DNA of 64,000 nucleotides from positions 14,912,876 through 14,976,875 of the forward strand of contig JAHRHZ010000047.1 of NCBI GenBank assembly GCA_024137785.1, given 5' to 3'. The notes beneath the pieces were generated by a model. The model made no database searches. It had not been told where the DNA came from and was given only the letters and a program-made list of their open reading frames with translations. Of this stretch, positions 40,524-52,892 are shown piece after piece. A program made the translations under genes and the position numbers. Every line of letters starts with the position of its first letter. Within the stretch, counting starts at the first letter, position 1. The stretch comes from Ginglymostoma cirratum. Lineage: Eukaryota.

Positions 40524-41339
40524 TGTTAATCTTTTGGTTTGAAACAGATTAATGATGGTGTTAAAAAGGGCCCTGAGGAATTTTATGTGAACACGTTAAG
40601 TAGAGGGCTTCGAGCAGGAAATTAAATCGTTAAAACCCTAAAGGTATTAGTTTAGTGCAATCAGTTGCATTTTTTACCTCCATTATTTTTACATGGGTGT
40701 TAAATCATTTAGATTAAAGTGATTCATGCCTCTGCTAATATATTGGAGGAAACAGTGTCATAGGAAGGTGTTAAGCATTCGCACTTTTCACCAACAATGA
40801 TTTGTAGTCTCAAATGTTTATTCAGTGCATTTTGCAAAGGCAATTAATTGCCTGAGGCTCAGCTTCTTTTCCCTACATTACCTTGATTCTTGGTTTGTAT
40901 CAAAATGAGGAAGGTTTCTTTTTATGGCGTTGGGAATCTGGAATGTAAACTGCCTTTGACAGCATTAATCACAACAATTCATGTTGTAACCTTGTAAACT
41001 GTGCAATTACAAAACTGTGTGTCAGTCTCAGTGGGTAGATCCTGTCCTCTGAGTCAGACAGTTTTGAGTTCAATGCCTGCTCCAGAGATCTGAGCAAAAC
41101 TTCCAGATCGATGTGCTCAGTGCCAGTCGTGAGAGAGTGCTAAACTGTCTTTTAGGACTTTAATCCAAGACTTCTTATGTGGATGTAAGATGGTTCCTTG
41201 GCACTGTTTAAAGAACAGTAGGGGAGAGATCTGTGTGCTTTTCCTTGTACACTTACACCGTTAAAAGACATATTATTTGATCTCATTCTCACATCATACA
41301 TGTGGTCTAAGCATGTAAAGTTCTCATATTCCATCTTAC

Positions 41340-41750
41340 CCTAGGATCACTTGTTGCATGATGTGCTCCTGAAAGAACCCTCTTCTGTTGTAAACTATCA
41401 GCTTAATGTCAGCCCAGACAGTTATGTGTCTGTGAATGTAATGTTTGTACACAATACTTAGCTGTTGTCGGATGGATTCTTCAGTACCATGATATCTATA
41501 TTCTATTTTGTATGCTGTGGGAGGTAACATTGCTACATTGGGTAAAACATCCTGTTGGAGGCAAAACTCACTTCATGGTCAGTGGTGGTGACCATCTATA
41601 AAAAAGATTCCAATGACCTCATGGCAGATATTTGGAAAACTAATTGAAGACCAACCAGATACCAGTTTTGGACAACGAAAATTTGTACAAAGGGACAGTT
41701 TCTCACTTTTCAGCAGTATCCATTTCAATGATTGTGGATATCCTACAGGT
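41340..41750 (-). pseudogene. Pseudo-exon, 411 nt (phase 2 to 2)
   Basis: Acceptor ttccctatctacag, donor gtaaga. ORF-track 41579-41800 and 41336-41530 share one frame, separated only by two TGA (DGHHH*P*SEFC). Confidence 0.65.
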
Positions 41751-42099
41751 CTGTAGATAGGGAATTTGTTACACATAAGGAGATGATTGAATTTAAACAA
41801 AATTTGAATTCAGACTTTTATGTGAAAGCTTTATTTCAGTTAGCCGTTCTCCATCAAACTCATCCTACTGATCATCCTCAGTTCTGAGAAACATCACCGG
41901 AACCGATACATTAACTCTGATTATTTTCTTCACAGATGCTGCCAGACCTGCTGAGCTTTTCCAGCAACTTCTGTTTTCGCTCCTGATGGGCAGTTAACAC
42001 TGGCCCAGCCAATGATGAGCATCTCCTGAACGAATGAAGAAAAGACTTTGCCATGACTTCTTTAATAAAAACAAATTAATCAATTTATTACAAAGTGAC

Positions 42100-42235
42100 A
42101 ACCCTGAAGAAGAGTCCTATCAGACTCACAATATTAACTCTGTTTCTCTCTCGGTGGATGCTGCCAAACCTACTGAGTTTCTCCAGCATTCTTTGTATTT
42201 GTTTCCGATTTCCAGTATCTGCAGGATTTCACTGT
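42100..42235 (+). mobile_element. Older Penelope-type terminus family; other copies ~15000-15095, 38535-38770, 41880-41980, 43820-43920, 44860-44940, 53005-53115, 57055-57150
   Basis: Recurrent ctgaagaagagtc..ttaactctgtttctctct..gatgctgccagacctgctgagtttctccagca. Confidence 0.7.
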
Positions 42236-42899
42236 TATCCCTGATTTGGGAATTTACTTCCTTGCTTTTGGTGGAGCTTACTGTGTACAAACTGGATGTT
42301 GCGTTTCTACATTTCAACACTTCGAAGCATTCCATTAACTGTTAACGCTTTAGAACTCGTTATGTTGCACATGCTATGTAAAAGAGGATAATTATTTTAA
42401 TCCTTTCAGTTGCGTTCAATGATTTTTTTTCTTTAAATATCTTCTTGAAAGATATTTATTTCAGATATTTGGAATTAGAAAGCTGGGTTTCAACATTATA
42501 GTGAAAGCTATATTTTAATTTAATTTGGAACAAAATGACCATAGAATTTTGCTGTGTGATCATTGTCTGTTATGTATCTGACATTACATCAGTGACAACA
42601 TTTCCAAAGGATTTCATTGGCAGTAAATTGCCAGGAGGACATGTCCTGAGACAATGAAAGGGGCGATATAATTTTATGTCTGCTTTGAATTTCTGTATAT
42701 TTTATTTATAACTCAGTTCTAAATTTGAATAGTTTCTATACTGTGCTTTAAATATCTTACAATTTGCTGAATTTTACAGAGTCCAATGCTTCAAGAATTG
42801 AAGAATTTTGTCATCTGACTACTCAGCTCCACTGACAGGCTGAAGTAATCAAGCACTATATGTAGATCAGTGATCAGACAAGCTTAAAGAAATGATTGA

Positions 42900-43192
42900 T
42901 GGAAGTGTGGAAGCAGGCCATTCAAGTCCACACTGACACTCTGAAGAGCATCCCACCCTATCTCTGTAACCCTGCATTTCTCATGTCTAACCCACCTAGC
43001 CTGCACATCCCTGGACACTACGGGCAATTTTCAATGTCCAATTCATGTAACCTGCACAACTTTGGGAGGAAACCAGAGCACCTGGTGGAAACTCACACAG
43101 ACACAGGGAGAATGTGCTAACTCCACACAGACAGTCACCCAAGGGTGGAATCGAACCCAGGTCTGTGGCGCTGTGAGGCAGCAGTGTTAATG
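42900..43192 (-). mobile_element. HE1-type V-SINE
   Basis: Same structure. Confidence 0.9.
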
Positions 43193-44611
43193 CTTCATAT
43201 AATATGAGGTTTTCTTTCTTTTATTCCAATGTGGAAAGGAAGTGATTTACAGGAGGAATTCAAACATTGAAATTTGCTTTCAGCTCGGTTGAAATCACTA
43301 TGAGTTGGAGCGGAGTATACGGTGAAATATTTTCCAAATTTTGCACCAAGGGCTTTAAGTAAATTCTCAATTTTAAAATTAAAGCTCATTGTCTCTCTTT
43401 AGAGCACCAAAGGTATTGGGAGCGCATTGCTCAATAGATCTGTGCCCTTGACCCTATAGACAGACAAAGACTGCACAGTCATGGGAACATCACCGCCTCC
43501 AGGTTTCATTCCAAGTTACACACCATTCCTTGGAAATATATTGACATTTCTTCATTACTGCTGGATCAAAGTCCTAGAATTCTCTCCAGAGCAATACTAT
43601 GTACTTACACCCATGTGGACTGCATTGGCTCGAAAAAGCAGCTCACCACCAACTTCTCAAGAACAGTTAGGGTCTGGCAGGAAATGCTGGCCAGCAACAC
43701 CCATATCTAGTGAACAAACTCACAGGAGAAAAGATGGATTGATAAATAGATGGATCTTATTGTTAAGCACTGAATTGGCAAACACTTTTGCTGGCAGCAA
43801 TGTCATCATTCTGCATGCTTAGAAATAACAGAGAATGCTGGAGAACTTCAGCATGTCTGGCAGCATCTATAAAGAGAGAAATAAAGTTAATTTTTGAGTC
43901 CAGCAGGGCTCTTCTTCAACAAAGAGAAGTGGAAACGTAATGTGTTTAATGCTGTTGAGAGGAGCAAGTGGGAAAGAAACGAAAGATTAAAGAGTGGGGG
44001 AGTTCAAAGATCAAAGTATCATTGAATAAAAAGCAAAGAGATTGATTTCAGAAAAGGAACAAAGCAGAGATCCTGGCTGGATGTTAATGACAGAATAGTG
44101 GTCCATGCTGACTGAACGACACGAAGAAAGCAGGTACAAATACCGTCAACAAAAAAAATCATGATGCCGAGTACAAATGAATCTGATTTGTACCACAATG
44201 CTTAAATCTTTTTCAGTTCAGTGTGATTCTCAACCCAGCTTTCTGAAACAGAATTCCGTGTCACTTCTTGTTAACTGGGAGTAATCCAGTTGATTCTAAT
44301 TGGAGCAGACACAAGTAGCCAACAAGCTACTTGCTCACATCCCAGTGCTGAGCTCGGATCACCATGCTCGTGTCAGAAGCTGTCACTGCTTCCTCACCAG
44401 GTGTTGCCTCTGCCCCACCCCGAGGTTATTGCTGCTTTCCAGCTGTTGTATTACCACTATCTTTCCTCAGACCACCTCAGTTCCATTCAGCACCACAGCC
44501 AGTGTTTCCAAAGTACACATTGCCTGACAGTGTCAATAGATTAAACACGGCATATTGTAGAGTACTATCCATTAGTCTCTCTCTCTCTCCACTGCTCCAT
44601 ATTTATTAAAT

Positions 44612-44813
44612 TATGATGTGGAGGTGCTGGTGTTGGACTGGGATAGACAAAGTCAGATGTCACGCAACACCAGGTTATAGTCCAACAGGTTTATTTGAAA
44701 TCACAAGCTTTCAGAGCATTGCTCCTTCCATCTGACAAAGGAGCAGCACTCTGGAAACTTGTGATTTCAAATAAACCTGTTGGACTATAACCTGGTGTTG
44801 CGTGACATCTGAC
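44612..44813. mobile_element. Palindromic terminus of a second Penelope-type family
   Basis: 56-bp perfect inverted arms 44652-44707 and 44758-44813 around a degenerate ctgacaaaggagcagcactctggaaa core. Confidence 0.7.
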
Positions 44814-45519
44814 CATATTAAGTTATCCTTCCCCTAATATCCAGTGTTTTTCCCTTCACAGATGCTGCCAGACCTGTTGAGCTTCTCCAGCAACTTTGTT
44901 TTTGTTCCTGATTTACAGCATCCGCAGTTCTTTCAGTTTTTATCAAGTCATTCATGTCTTGTTCTTCCTAAGACTTTCCATCTCTGCTACTGCTCATGCT
45001 TTCTGATCCTCAAAGTCTTTCTTTCCAAGCCCATGGCTCTCAGAGTGGAAACTATACCCCAACTTCAATTCACCAATCCACCCATAAGCAGCAGGATGTT
45101 AGAATCTATGCGCTACTTCTAGATTTACCAAACTGCTATGAGTTCTTATGTCTTGCACCTTTTTGTAAAATTGTACCATGGAGTATACACAGAGTTCCCC
45201 AATCACGGCAAAAAAGCTAATTATTGCAGCTGAAATTTGTATGCTCATTGTTCAAATAGTTGATATCCAGTGTCTGTCAGAACTGAGATTATATACACAG
45301 ACATAACTTCAAAGAGTTGCCATGCTTTGCTTACGTTTCTCTTTACTGCGTCATAGCTTTTTCATCTCCCCTGGCTGTGAAGCCAAGAAAAACCTGCAGT
45401 TTGCACTGAGCATAGCAGAATGACAGCTCTTTTAAAGCAACCCTGTGTTAAATTCAGTATGACAAGCCAGCAAGTCTCACAGACATCAAAACACTTCACT
45501 GAATGATTTTTCTTCTTTT

Positions 45520-45829
45520 ACTGGAGTGTTTGCGTGGGTCTGTGTGAGTTAGACTGCGTATGTGTGCGTGACAGTGTGTGTGTGTTTGTGTACATTTGTG
45601 TGTGTGTGTGCCTGAGTGAGTTTAAGTGTTGTGTGTATACGTGTGTGTGTCTGTGTTTCAGTGAAAGTGTATTTGTGTGACTGAGTGCCTGTGTCTGTGC
45701 AGTTGCTTGTGCATTTGTGTGTGTGTATGTGTCTGTGTGTAAGATTGTGTGTGTCTCTGTGGGAGAGTGTGCGCTTACATATTTGTATGAGTGAATGTGC
45801 ACGTATGTGTGGATGTGTGAAAGTGTCTG
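45520..45829 (+). repeat. Degenerate (GT)n tract abutting a gap
   Basis: Direct reading. Confidence 0.9.
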
Positions 45830-46018
45830 NNNNNNNNNNNNNNNNNNNNNNNNNNNNNNNNNNNNNNNNNNNNNNNNNNNNNNNNNNNNNNNNNNNNNNN
45901 NNNNNNNNNNNNNNNNNNNNNNNNNNNNNNNNNNNNNNNNNNNNNNNNNNNNNNNNNNNNNNNNNNNNNNNNNNNNNNNNNNNNNNNNNNNNNNNNNNNN
46001 NNNNNNNNNNNNNNNNNN
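45830..46018. other. Assembly gap (N)
   Basis: N run. Confidence 0.99.
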
Positions 46019-46419
46019 ATGATATCACAGAACACTGGCAGAGTTCTGCAGCATTAAGTGGCCACAGAACATAATTAGACTCAGCATCTGGGCTATTCCA
46101 TCAGCGTACGTGATTCCTTAGGACAGAATGTCACAAAGTTAATAGAAGCGACAACCTTCACAACTTTTATCACGTGAATTCAGTAATAGTGTGTTCAATA
46201 CTTCCAGAGTAGCCAGTAAGATACATCAACATCTTGCTGGCTTAGTTCGCACTAAAGTTTGCAACAGGGTCAAATAAAAATACATGATAGGAGCAGGAAT
46301 AGGCTATTTCCCCCCTTGAACCAGCTATATCATTCAATAAGTTCATGGCTGATCTGATTGCGGTCCAAACTCCACCTTCCGAGCCAAACAGTCCGATAAC
46401 CAACCACACTGCACAGCAC

Positions 46420-47659
46420 CGTCACTGTCATGGATTCTGTCCTCCAATTTGATGGCATCTATTCAGGACTTTCATGAATTTCTCATGAGTCTCTGCCATT
46501 GGTCTTTACGTGACTGAACAGGCTGATTCTTAACCTGCAGATCTCTGGGTAAATGGGGAAAATTGCACAAGGATAACTCTCTTGTGAAAGGTTATTGTCT
46601 GAAGGAGTTAGTGGAACCTGGAGTGAAGGACTTAATTCCTTTGTCCTTGCTCGGGACTGAAAACCTATTGGAGCTTGATGGACTTTTTGAATGAATGGAA
46701 GCAAGCTTCTGCCAATCATCAATGTCAATGTGACCCAGATTCAAAGAGAGTCTCTGAGTATCTTTGCAGTGCTTTCTGTGTCCTCCCCTGAAATGCTGAG
46801 AAAGCCCGACCTGGTGACGGAGATGATTTACATCCATCCAGATGCAGAACCCAATCCATCGTTAATTAGTTTTCCAAGAATTTTACTGAAATACTTATAG
46901 AGTTGGCTTCAAGTAGACATGAGGATTTGTCCGATGGTCCTGTTGTTGAGTTGGAAGACGCACACTGGAGGCATTCTTCATAAAGTTCCTCCAATACTGT
47001 TACATTTCATTGATATACCACTGTCACTCCCACTGAAATTCAGATCTTAAACTCTGTCCTCCTGCCCACATGGATCTTAGTTCTGTAACTCGGTGAAGAC
47101 CAGGGAGTGTTCTTGCCGCTCTAGCTTGCCGCTCTAGCTTGCCGCTCTGTATTGTTGCCTGTGTTCCACTATTCCAGTGTGGGCACTCATTTTCTGATGA
47201 AGGGTTTAGGCCCGAAACGTCAAGTTTTCCTGCTCCTATGATGCTGCTTGACCTGCTGTGTTCATCCAGCCCCATGCTTGTTATCTGGGCACTCAATGTT
47301 TCCTGCTTAGTTTCTGTCCAAGGACAGATGAACTTCGGTCTTGAGGCTGTGCACTCTAGGCCGCTCCCGTTCAACTCCTCGCTCTCCGACCTGATAATTC
47401 TGCTCCTCTGAGGGGTGTACTGATGCTGTGAGGGGAGAGATCCTCCGAGGCAGTTTTGCAAGGCGAGGATTTTCATAGCTGGCGTTCGCGTCGAGTTGCC
47501 TGGGGCAGCTCCATTAGGTCGCAGTTAGAGTTACAAATGTGGAGGAGATTGAAGACCTGTAGGTGGCCTTCAGAAGTCATAAAACATGAGCAGGTATCTC
47601 CCCAGAGAACAAGGCATGAATATTGTGACCTACCAGAGCCAGTTACCCTGGTATAATTT
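46420..47659 (-). pseudogene. Large pseudo-exon (~1.2 kb), Ser-rich, disrupted by a Penelope insert and frameshifts
   Basis: Strong acceptor cttttctttctcttcccactattttgtag. Phase-0 frame KLYQGNWLW*VTIFMPCSLGRYLLMFYDF*...RSESEELNG. Later pieces DLNFSGSDSGISM and QRLSLNLGHIDIDDWQKLAS. 3' end uncertain. Confidence 0.5.
47190..47285 (+). mobile_element. Penelope pLTR insertion inside candidate exon
   Basis: 10-bp duplication tgggcactca at 47180 and 47286. Confidence 0.9.
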
Positions 47660-49799
47660 CTACAAAATAGTGGGAAGAGAAAGAAAAGCTGGAGTGAAGT
47701 GAGACAGAGGGGACACCTTTATTAATAAAGTTGCAAGGAAGGATGAGATTGTGAGGAGAGCACCATAATAAACTGAGGCAAGGTGTAAAGGTACATCTGT
47801 CATATATACATATAATTTAAAGATATTTATTTAACTGAGAGTTCCTGTACAAAACCTACAATTCCACTGCCAGGATCAAAGGCAAATCCCCAATTTTTGT
47901 CCCAACTTGTGATGCTGAAAGTGATGGATTTTGATAATAGAATATATCAACACCCCACCCTCCACAACCTAAAAGCTCGCCAACTCCTCACTGCCTCATG
48001 GTTATACAATGCTGTGAGTGGCCTTAACTAGAAGGGGGTGGGATTACCCACCCACTCCCTCAACAACTGGATGTTGTGGCCTGGAGAGCTGTAGTACAGG
48101 GCTTTCCAAAGTGGGATTGCAAATTGAAATTTTTGAGATCCCAAGCTCTGAGTAGGCATGGCCGTATGATGTTCCAGTGGAGTTGTCACCTCTGCGGACC
48201 CCCTCCAGATACACCAACATGCTCTCCCAAACAAGCTCCTTACTCCTCGCTCCCCCATCACAGCTTCGCCAAGGCCCTACTCCCACAACTTCCCCACCCC
48301 TTCTCAGCTCCTCCCCAAACCCAGTTCTCATCATTCTGGTAGAGGGGCGTAACAATTTTTAGGCCTCGATATAGGGACACAATAGGGAAATGTTTGAGAA
48401 GTGTAGCTGGAATATTTCTATAGTGCCAGAAGGCAGTTGTGGTCACTGCTGGGTCTACACCTTTCTCCTGGATTTCAGATATTCAGTGATATGGGGAGAA
48501 ACAGGGGTGAGGGGGCCTGAGCTGATGGGAGAGTTGGGTTAGTGAGGACGGTGGGGGAGGGGGTTTGGGGGGGGTAAAGTGACAGACAAATTCAGAGTGC
48601 TATGTCTTTATGCCCATAACCAGTGATTGGATTCAGGATGGACTGATGGAGGAGAAGGCAAGATGAAGAACTGGGCTTTGGGTTTCTTTAGAACACTGTT
48701 TATTACCTACACGCACTTCCCTGGTCGTGAACGAGTTCCATTCCTGAGACTATTTGCAAATCGATTTGTTCGCAAGTCAGAACACAGTTATGGACAATGT
48801 GTGTTGGCTGTTCATAAGTACAGGAAATATTCATATGGCAGCTATTTAAACTTACACCCCTGTATGAAATCAAATTCCTAGGTATGAGCAGTCATATGAA
48901 AGATGTTCATACATTGGAAACCCACTGTATTCAGATTAACTAGTGTAATACATGGTAACTGGGGAAATGCCAGGCTCTAATCTTACTGTTCCATTACTGA
49001 AAGACTATTCCTTCAACTCTATCCCCAAATATCGGTCACATGCTTCTCTGCATGTATTTCCAACATTCACATGGCCAGGCTTCTCACTTCTCCCTACTTC
49101 TCCAATCTCATAACTCCACCCATACTGTGCTACTTATGCTAAGTGAGGAGCAGCTCCATCACATCATCACAAGCTTCCTCCAGGGTCCTAAAACCTTTAC
49201 ACATCAGGGACCATCTTGGTGCCTCCGTTGGTAAAACTGCCAGGCTGTTCACTTCTCTTCTGCCTTCCCGAACAGAAGGAAGAGTTGCAGCATGAGGCCT
49301 GGAAGTAGCAATTAATTGTCCACTTTATTTTCTTAACAGCCATTTAATAACAGAGCAAACTCAACGGGCTGATTGGCCTTCTGCTTCTACACCTAATAGA
49401 TTTATGGACGTTATTAGACAGTTTAAAAAAATAAATTAAAAGATGTGAAGCAAAGCATTGTGGATTTTTCTTAATAAAAAGAAATATTGATTGACATCAT
49501 CAGCATAGAAAATAATGAGTTGTATTGAGTCCCTGTCCAATAGTTACCTCATTTCACACAAGCAAGAAAATTAGCCTCATATTTACATTAGCTTCACTTT
49601 TGAAAAGAGAACTAGCTTTTTTTCAAAGCTTGCAAAGTAAGGAATAATGTTAACTCTGCAAATTGATCCAACAATAACATTTTTTCCAGAGACAGGAAAT
49701 TCCTGTGACTCTTACGATTTTGGATTTTTTTTTGAATAATATTGGATTCTGTTAATCGAGCTCCTTCGTACTGAAGTAATGTGACAATGTAATTTGTAC

Positions 49800-49955
49800 C
49801 TTATACACATTGACAAATCTATCATTGTTGTAACCATGGTGATGCTGGAAACAAAAGTGGTTGAAGAACTCTTGAGGCACAAAGAGGCATTCCAATTCCA
49901 GATTCAACTACGAATCGGAGCCAAGATATATTCCCAGGCCAATGAGAGATTAGTC
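49800..49955 (-). pseudogene. Pseudo-exon, 156 nt (phase 0 to 0)
   Basis: D*SLIGLGIYLGSDS*LNLELECLFVPQEFFNHFCFQHHHGYNNDRFVNVYK. Acceptor ..taacag, weak donor gtacaa. Confidence 0.55.
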
Positions 49956-50225
49956 CTGTTACCATGGGGATTGGAAGGGGGTGGTTTATATGATATCACT
50001 TTTTTTGGCCTTTGACTACATTTTTTAGTAATCAATGGGATCAATCAAAATGAAGCAAAGTATTTATTGCAATAAGGATTTCACTTTGTTGAAATGATTT
50101 GCATGGAATGTCAGCAATGGTTTGGTGGTGTTGAACTCTCAGGCAGGGTGTTGATGGTCATAATCTCTTTCTGTACAACTGAATACAAAATTGAAGTTTG
50201 CACACCCAGTGCAACATTGAGGGAA

Positions 50226-50750
50226 TCATCATCATCATCACCAGCAATCCCTCGCAGATGGGGATGTCTCTCTTCCACTCCCAGGGCGAGTCTGGAGATG
50301 GCTGCACAGACTGATACAGCTACCACAGGCTCTGTTACACTTGGTCCGGGTGGTAGTCACGGGAACAGGTGGTTGGGGCACTGGTATGGTTGTGCGCTCC
50401 CTTTGCTGTTATCACCTGGCTTCCATTTTTTCCCTCCAAAAGGTAAGTCTCAAGATGCTTAACACCTTCCTGGACGCTGCTCCTCCACTTTGGATGGTCC
50501 AGGGCCAGTGATTTCCAGGCGTCTGTGGGAATGCTACACTTCGCCATTGAGGCCTTGACGGTATCACTGAAGTTCTTCCCTTGTCCGCCTCGGGTTCGTC
50601 CCTGTTTCCAAGCCAGGAGTCGAGAACCTGCTTGGGCAGTCTCCTGTCAGTCATGCTGGCAACATGCCCAGAGCATTGCAGTGGGTCGAGGGTGGTCAAT
50701 GCCTCAATGCTGGGAACGTTGGCCTGGTCGAGGATGTACCTGTTTTCAGA
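50226..50750 (-). mobile_element. RTE (BovB-like) LINE 3' fragment
   Basis: GHVASMTDRRLPKQVL and AWKSLALDHPKWRSSVQEG. (TGA)n tail at ~50226-50240. Confidence 0.82.
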
Positions 50751-51131
50751 TAAAATGTTACATTTATGCCCCGTCTGGCACCTCAGGTGGATGCAAGTGA
50801 GGGCAAGTAGTGGAGACTAGTCCTGGTGTCCTGGTCAATATTTATTCCACATTTCAACGGCTAGGAACAGGTTTTATCTAGTCCTTAGTGCATTTATAAT
50901 GGAAGTAGGAGCTTGTTGTGAACAAATTGCTTGGCCACATTACAACAATGACTACACTAAAGAAAGGCTTAATTGGCTGGAAAATACTTGGGGATGCCCT
51001 GCACAAGCCCATAAAAGGGCTCCACATAATTGCAAGCCCTGCCTTCTTTTCCTGCAACCCTAATGTTGACTTCGTAGGTTCCTCAGCCATTCAAAATTGA
51101 AGGTTCCTGGGTCACTCACAGCTACACTGGC

Positions 51132-51363
51132 ATAGTGATTGGAACCAGGGCCAGGTGGGTCTTGTTGATTATGAGATCCTTGATTAGGGTTATTAAACTG
51201 GACCAAACAAAGAGCCCTGGCTGACAGACATAAGCAGGAGACTCAGAAGGTCTCCTCAGATTAGGAACTGGCTCTGAGCTGGCTGGTCAGTGACCATGCA
51301 CTGTGCACATGCAAATAAAGGGTGACTTGGTGATGGGATACCAGCCTCTGTGCAGTTAGTTCA
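51132..51363 (+). mobile_element. Solo LTR of the same Gypsy family, opposite orientation
   Basis: aataaagggtgacttggtgatgggataccagcctctgtg is the reverse complement of the LTR end. Confidence 0.85.
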
Positions 51364-51487
51364 ACTATGTTCCTCAACTTTGTACCAAGTAGCAATATAC
51401 CAGTCCCAACTGACCTGTCAGCCAGGATTTACACTGACAATCATTAAGAAATGATCCCCATTTTACCGAATGCACGTGTGGACTTAC

Positions 51488-51557
51488 AGCTGGACAGAAA
51501 CTGACTATATCACCTTTTTCTGGTTGTTCTGCCTCCTGGATATTGTTTGGTTCTCCT
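51488..51557 (-). pseudogene. Exon, 70 nt (phase 2 to 0)
   Basis: Acceptor catttcaaacag, consensus donor gtaagt, open frame GEPNNIQEAEQPEKGDIVSFCPA. Phases match both neighbours. Confidence 0.6.
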
Positions 51558-52057
51558 CTGTTTGAAATGATCACACTTTAAGTTTGCAAAACTGAGAGTT
51601 TTTTGCATGATTCCAACTTACCATGCTGCCTGGCTTAAAGACTTCTGGGGCCAATTAGTTTACACAAGAGCTGACTTGCCAATGCATCAATGAATTTGGC
51701 CCACAGGAACACTTACACATACAACTGGTTCCAAATGAATTAGCCGCTGGTTCATTACAGACAATAAAATAACATATACCAGTGGTATATGTCCTCTCAA
51801 GACCTTAAGATGAAAATGTGTCAGTTACATGAGGTGCCAAGGGATGACATATGCTCAAAGGGCCTGAAACAAGGAGTCATGAGCTTGAGAGGGGGGACTG
51901 TGATGGTGGCAGAAATGGGGAGGAGCAGCAGGGGTCAGTCTGTAGCACAAAGAGCAGGAGGTGGGAGAATTATTTCAACATGACTTGCAGTGATCACTAC
52001 AAGCATCCACAAAATGAGCCCGCAATAAATTTGTCTACTTTAGTTTTTTCTCATTTA

Positions 52058-52892
52058 GAGTCATTTATTTATAGAGCTGTTGCAGAGTGGAAACAAACCT
52101 TCAGTCCAGCTCATCCATGCAGGCCAGATGTCCTAAATAAATCCAGTCCCATTTGTCAGCATTTGGCCCATTATCCCTCTAAACCCTTCCTATTCTTTTC
52201 CCCTTCCAGATGCCTTTTAAATGTAATTGTACCAGCCTCTACTGCTTCATCAGGCAGTTCATTCCATACAGGCACCATCCTCTGTGTGAAAAAGTTGTCT
52301 CTTAGGCCCCTTTTAAATACTTCGCCTCCCACCTTAAAACTATGCCCTCTAGTTTTGGACTCCCCAACCTAGGAAAAAGACCTTGGCTATTCAACATATC
52401 CATGCCCCTCATGATTTTATAAACCTCTATAAGGTCACCCCTCAGACTCCGATGCTCCAGGGAAAATAGCCCCAGCCTATTCAGCCTTTTCTTGTAGCTG
52501 TAGCTCCAACCCTGGCAACATCCTTGTAAATCTTTTCTGCACCCTTTCTAGTTTCACAACATCCTTCCCATAGCAGGAAGACCAGATCTACACACAGTAT
52601 TCCAAAAGGTAGCCTAACCAATGTCCTAACCAATTGTGGGCTCATTTTGTGGATGTTTGTAGTGATCACTGCAAGTCATGTTGAAATTATTCTCCCACCT
52701 CCTGCTCTTTGTGCTACAGACTGACTCCGCTGCCCCCTCCCCATTTCTGCCACCATCACAGTCTCCCCTCTCAAGCTCATGACTCCTTGTTTCAGGCCCT
52801 TTGAGCATATGTCATCCCTTGGCACCTCATGTAACTGACACATTACAGCCGCAACATGACCTCCCAACTCCTATATTCAATGCACTGACCAA
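52058..52892 (-). mobile_element. CR1 3' fragment carrying a ~212-bp inverted copy of flanking DNA
   Basis: CR1 sequence homologous to 23235-23540, interrupted at ~52629-52844. Confidence 0.88.

Noticed and set aside
41570-41582. Two in-frame TGA (H*P*S) read as selenocysteine
   Set aside because: Other exons of the chain have TAA/TAG stops and frameshifts, and no SECIS was identified. CGA>TGA decay is the simpler explanation.
45549-46074. ORFs spanning N runs (also 53633-54391)
   Set aside because: Length is an artefact of gaps and simple repeats.
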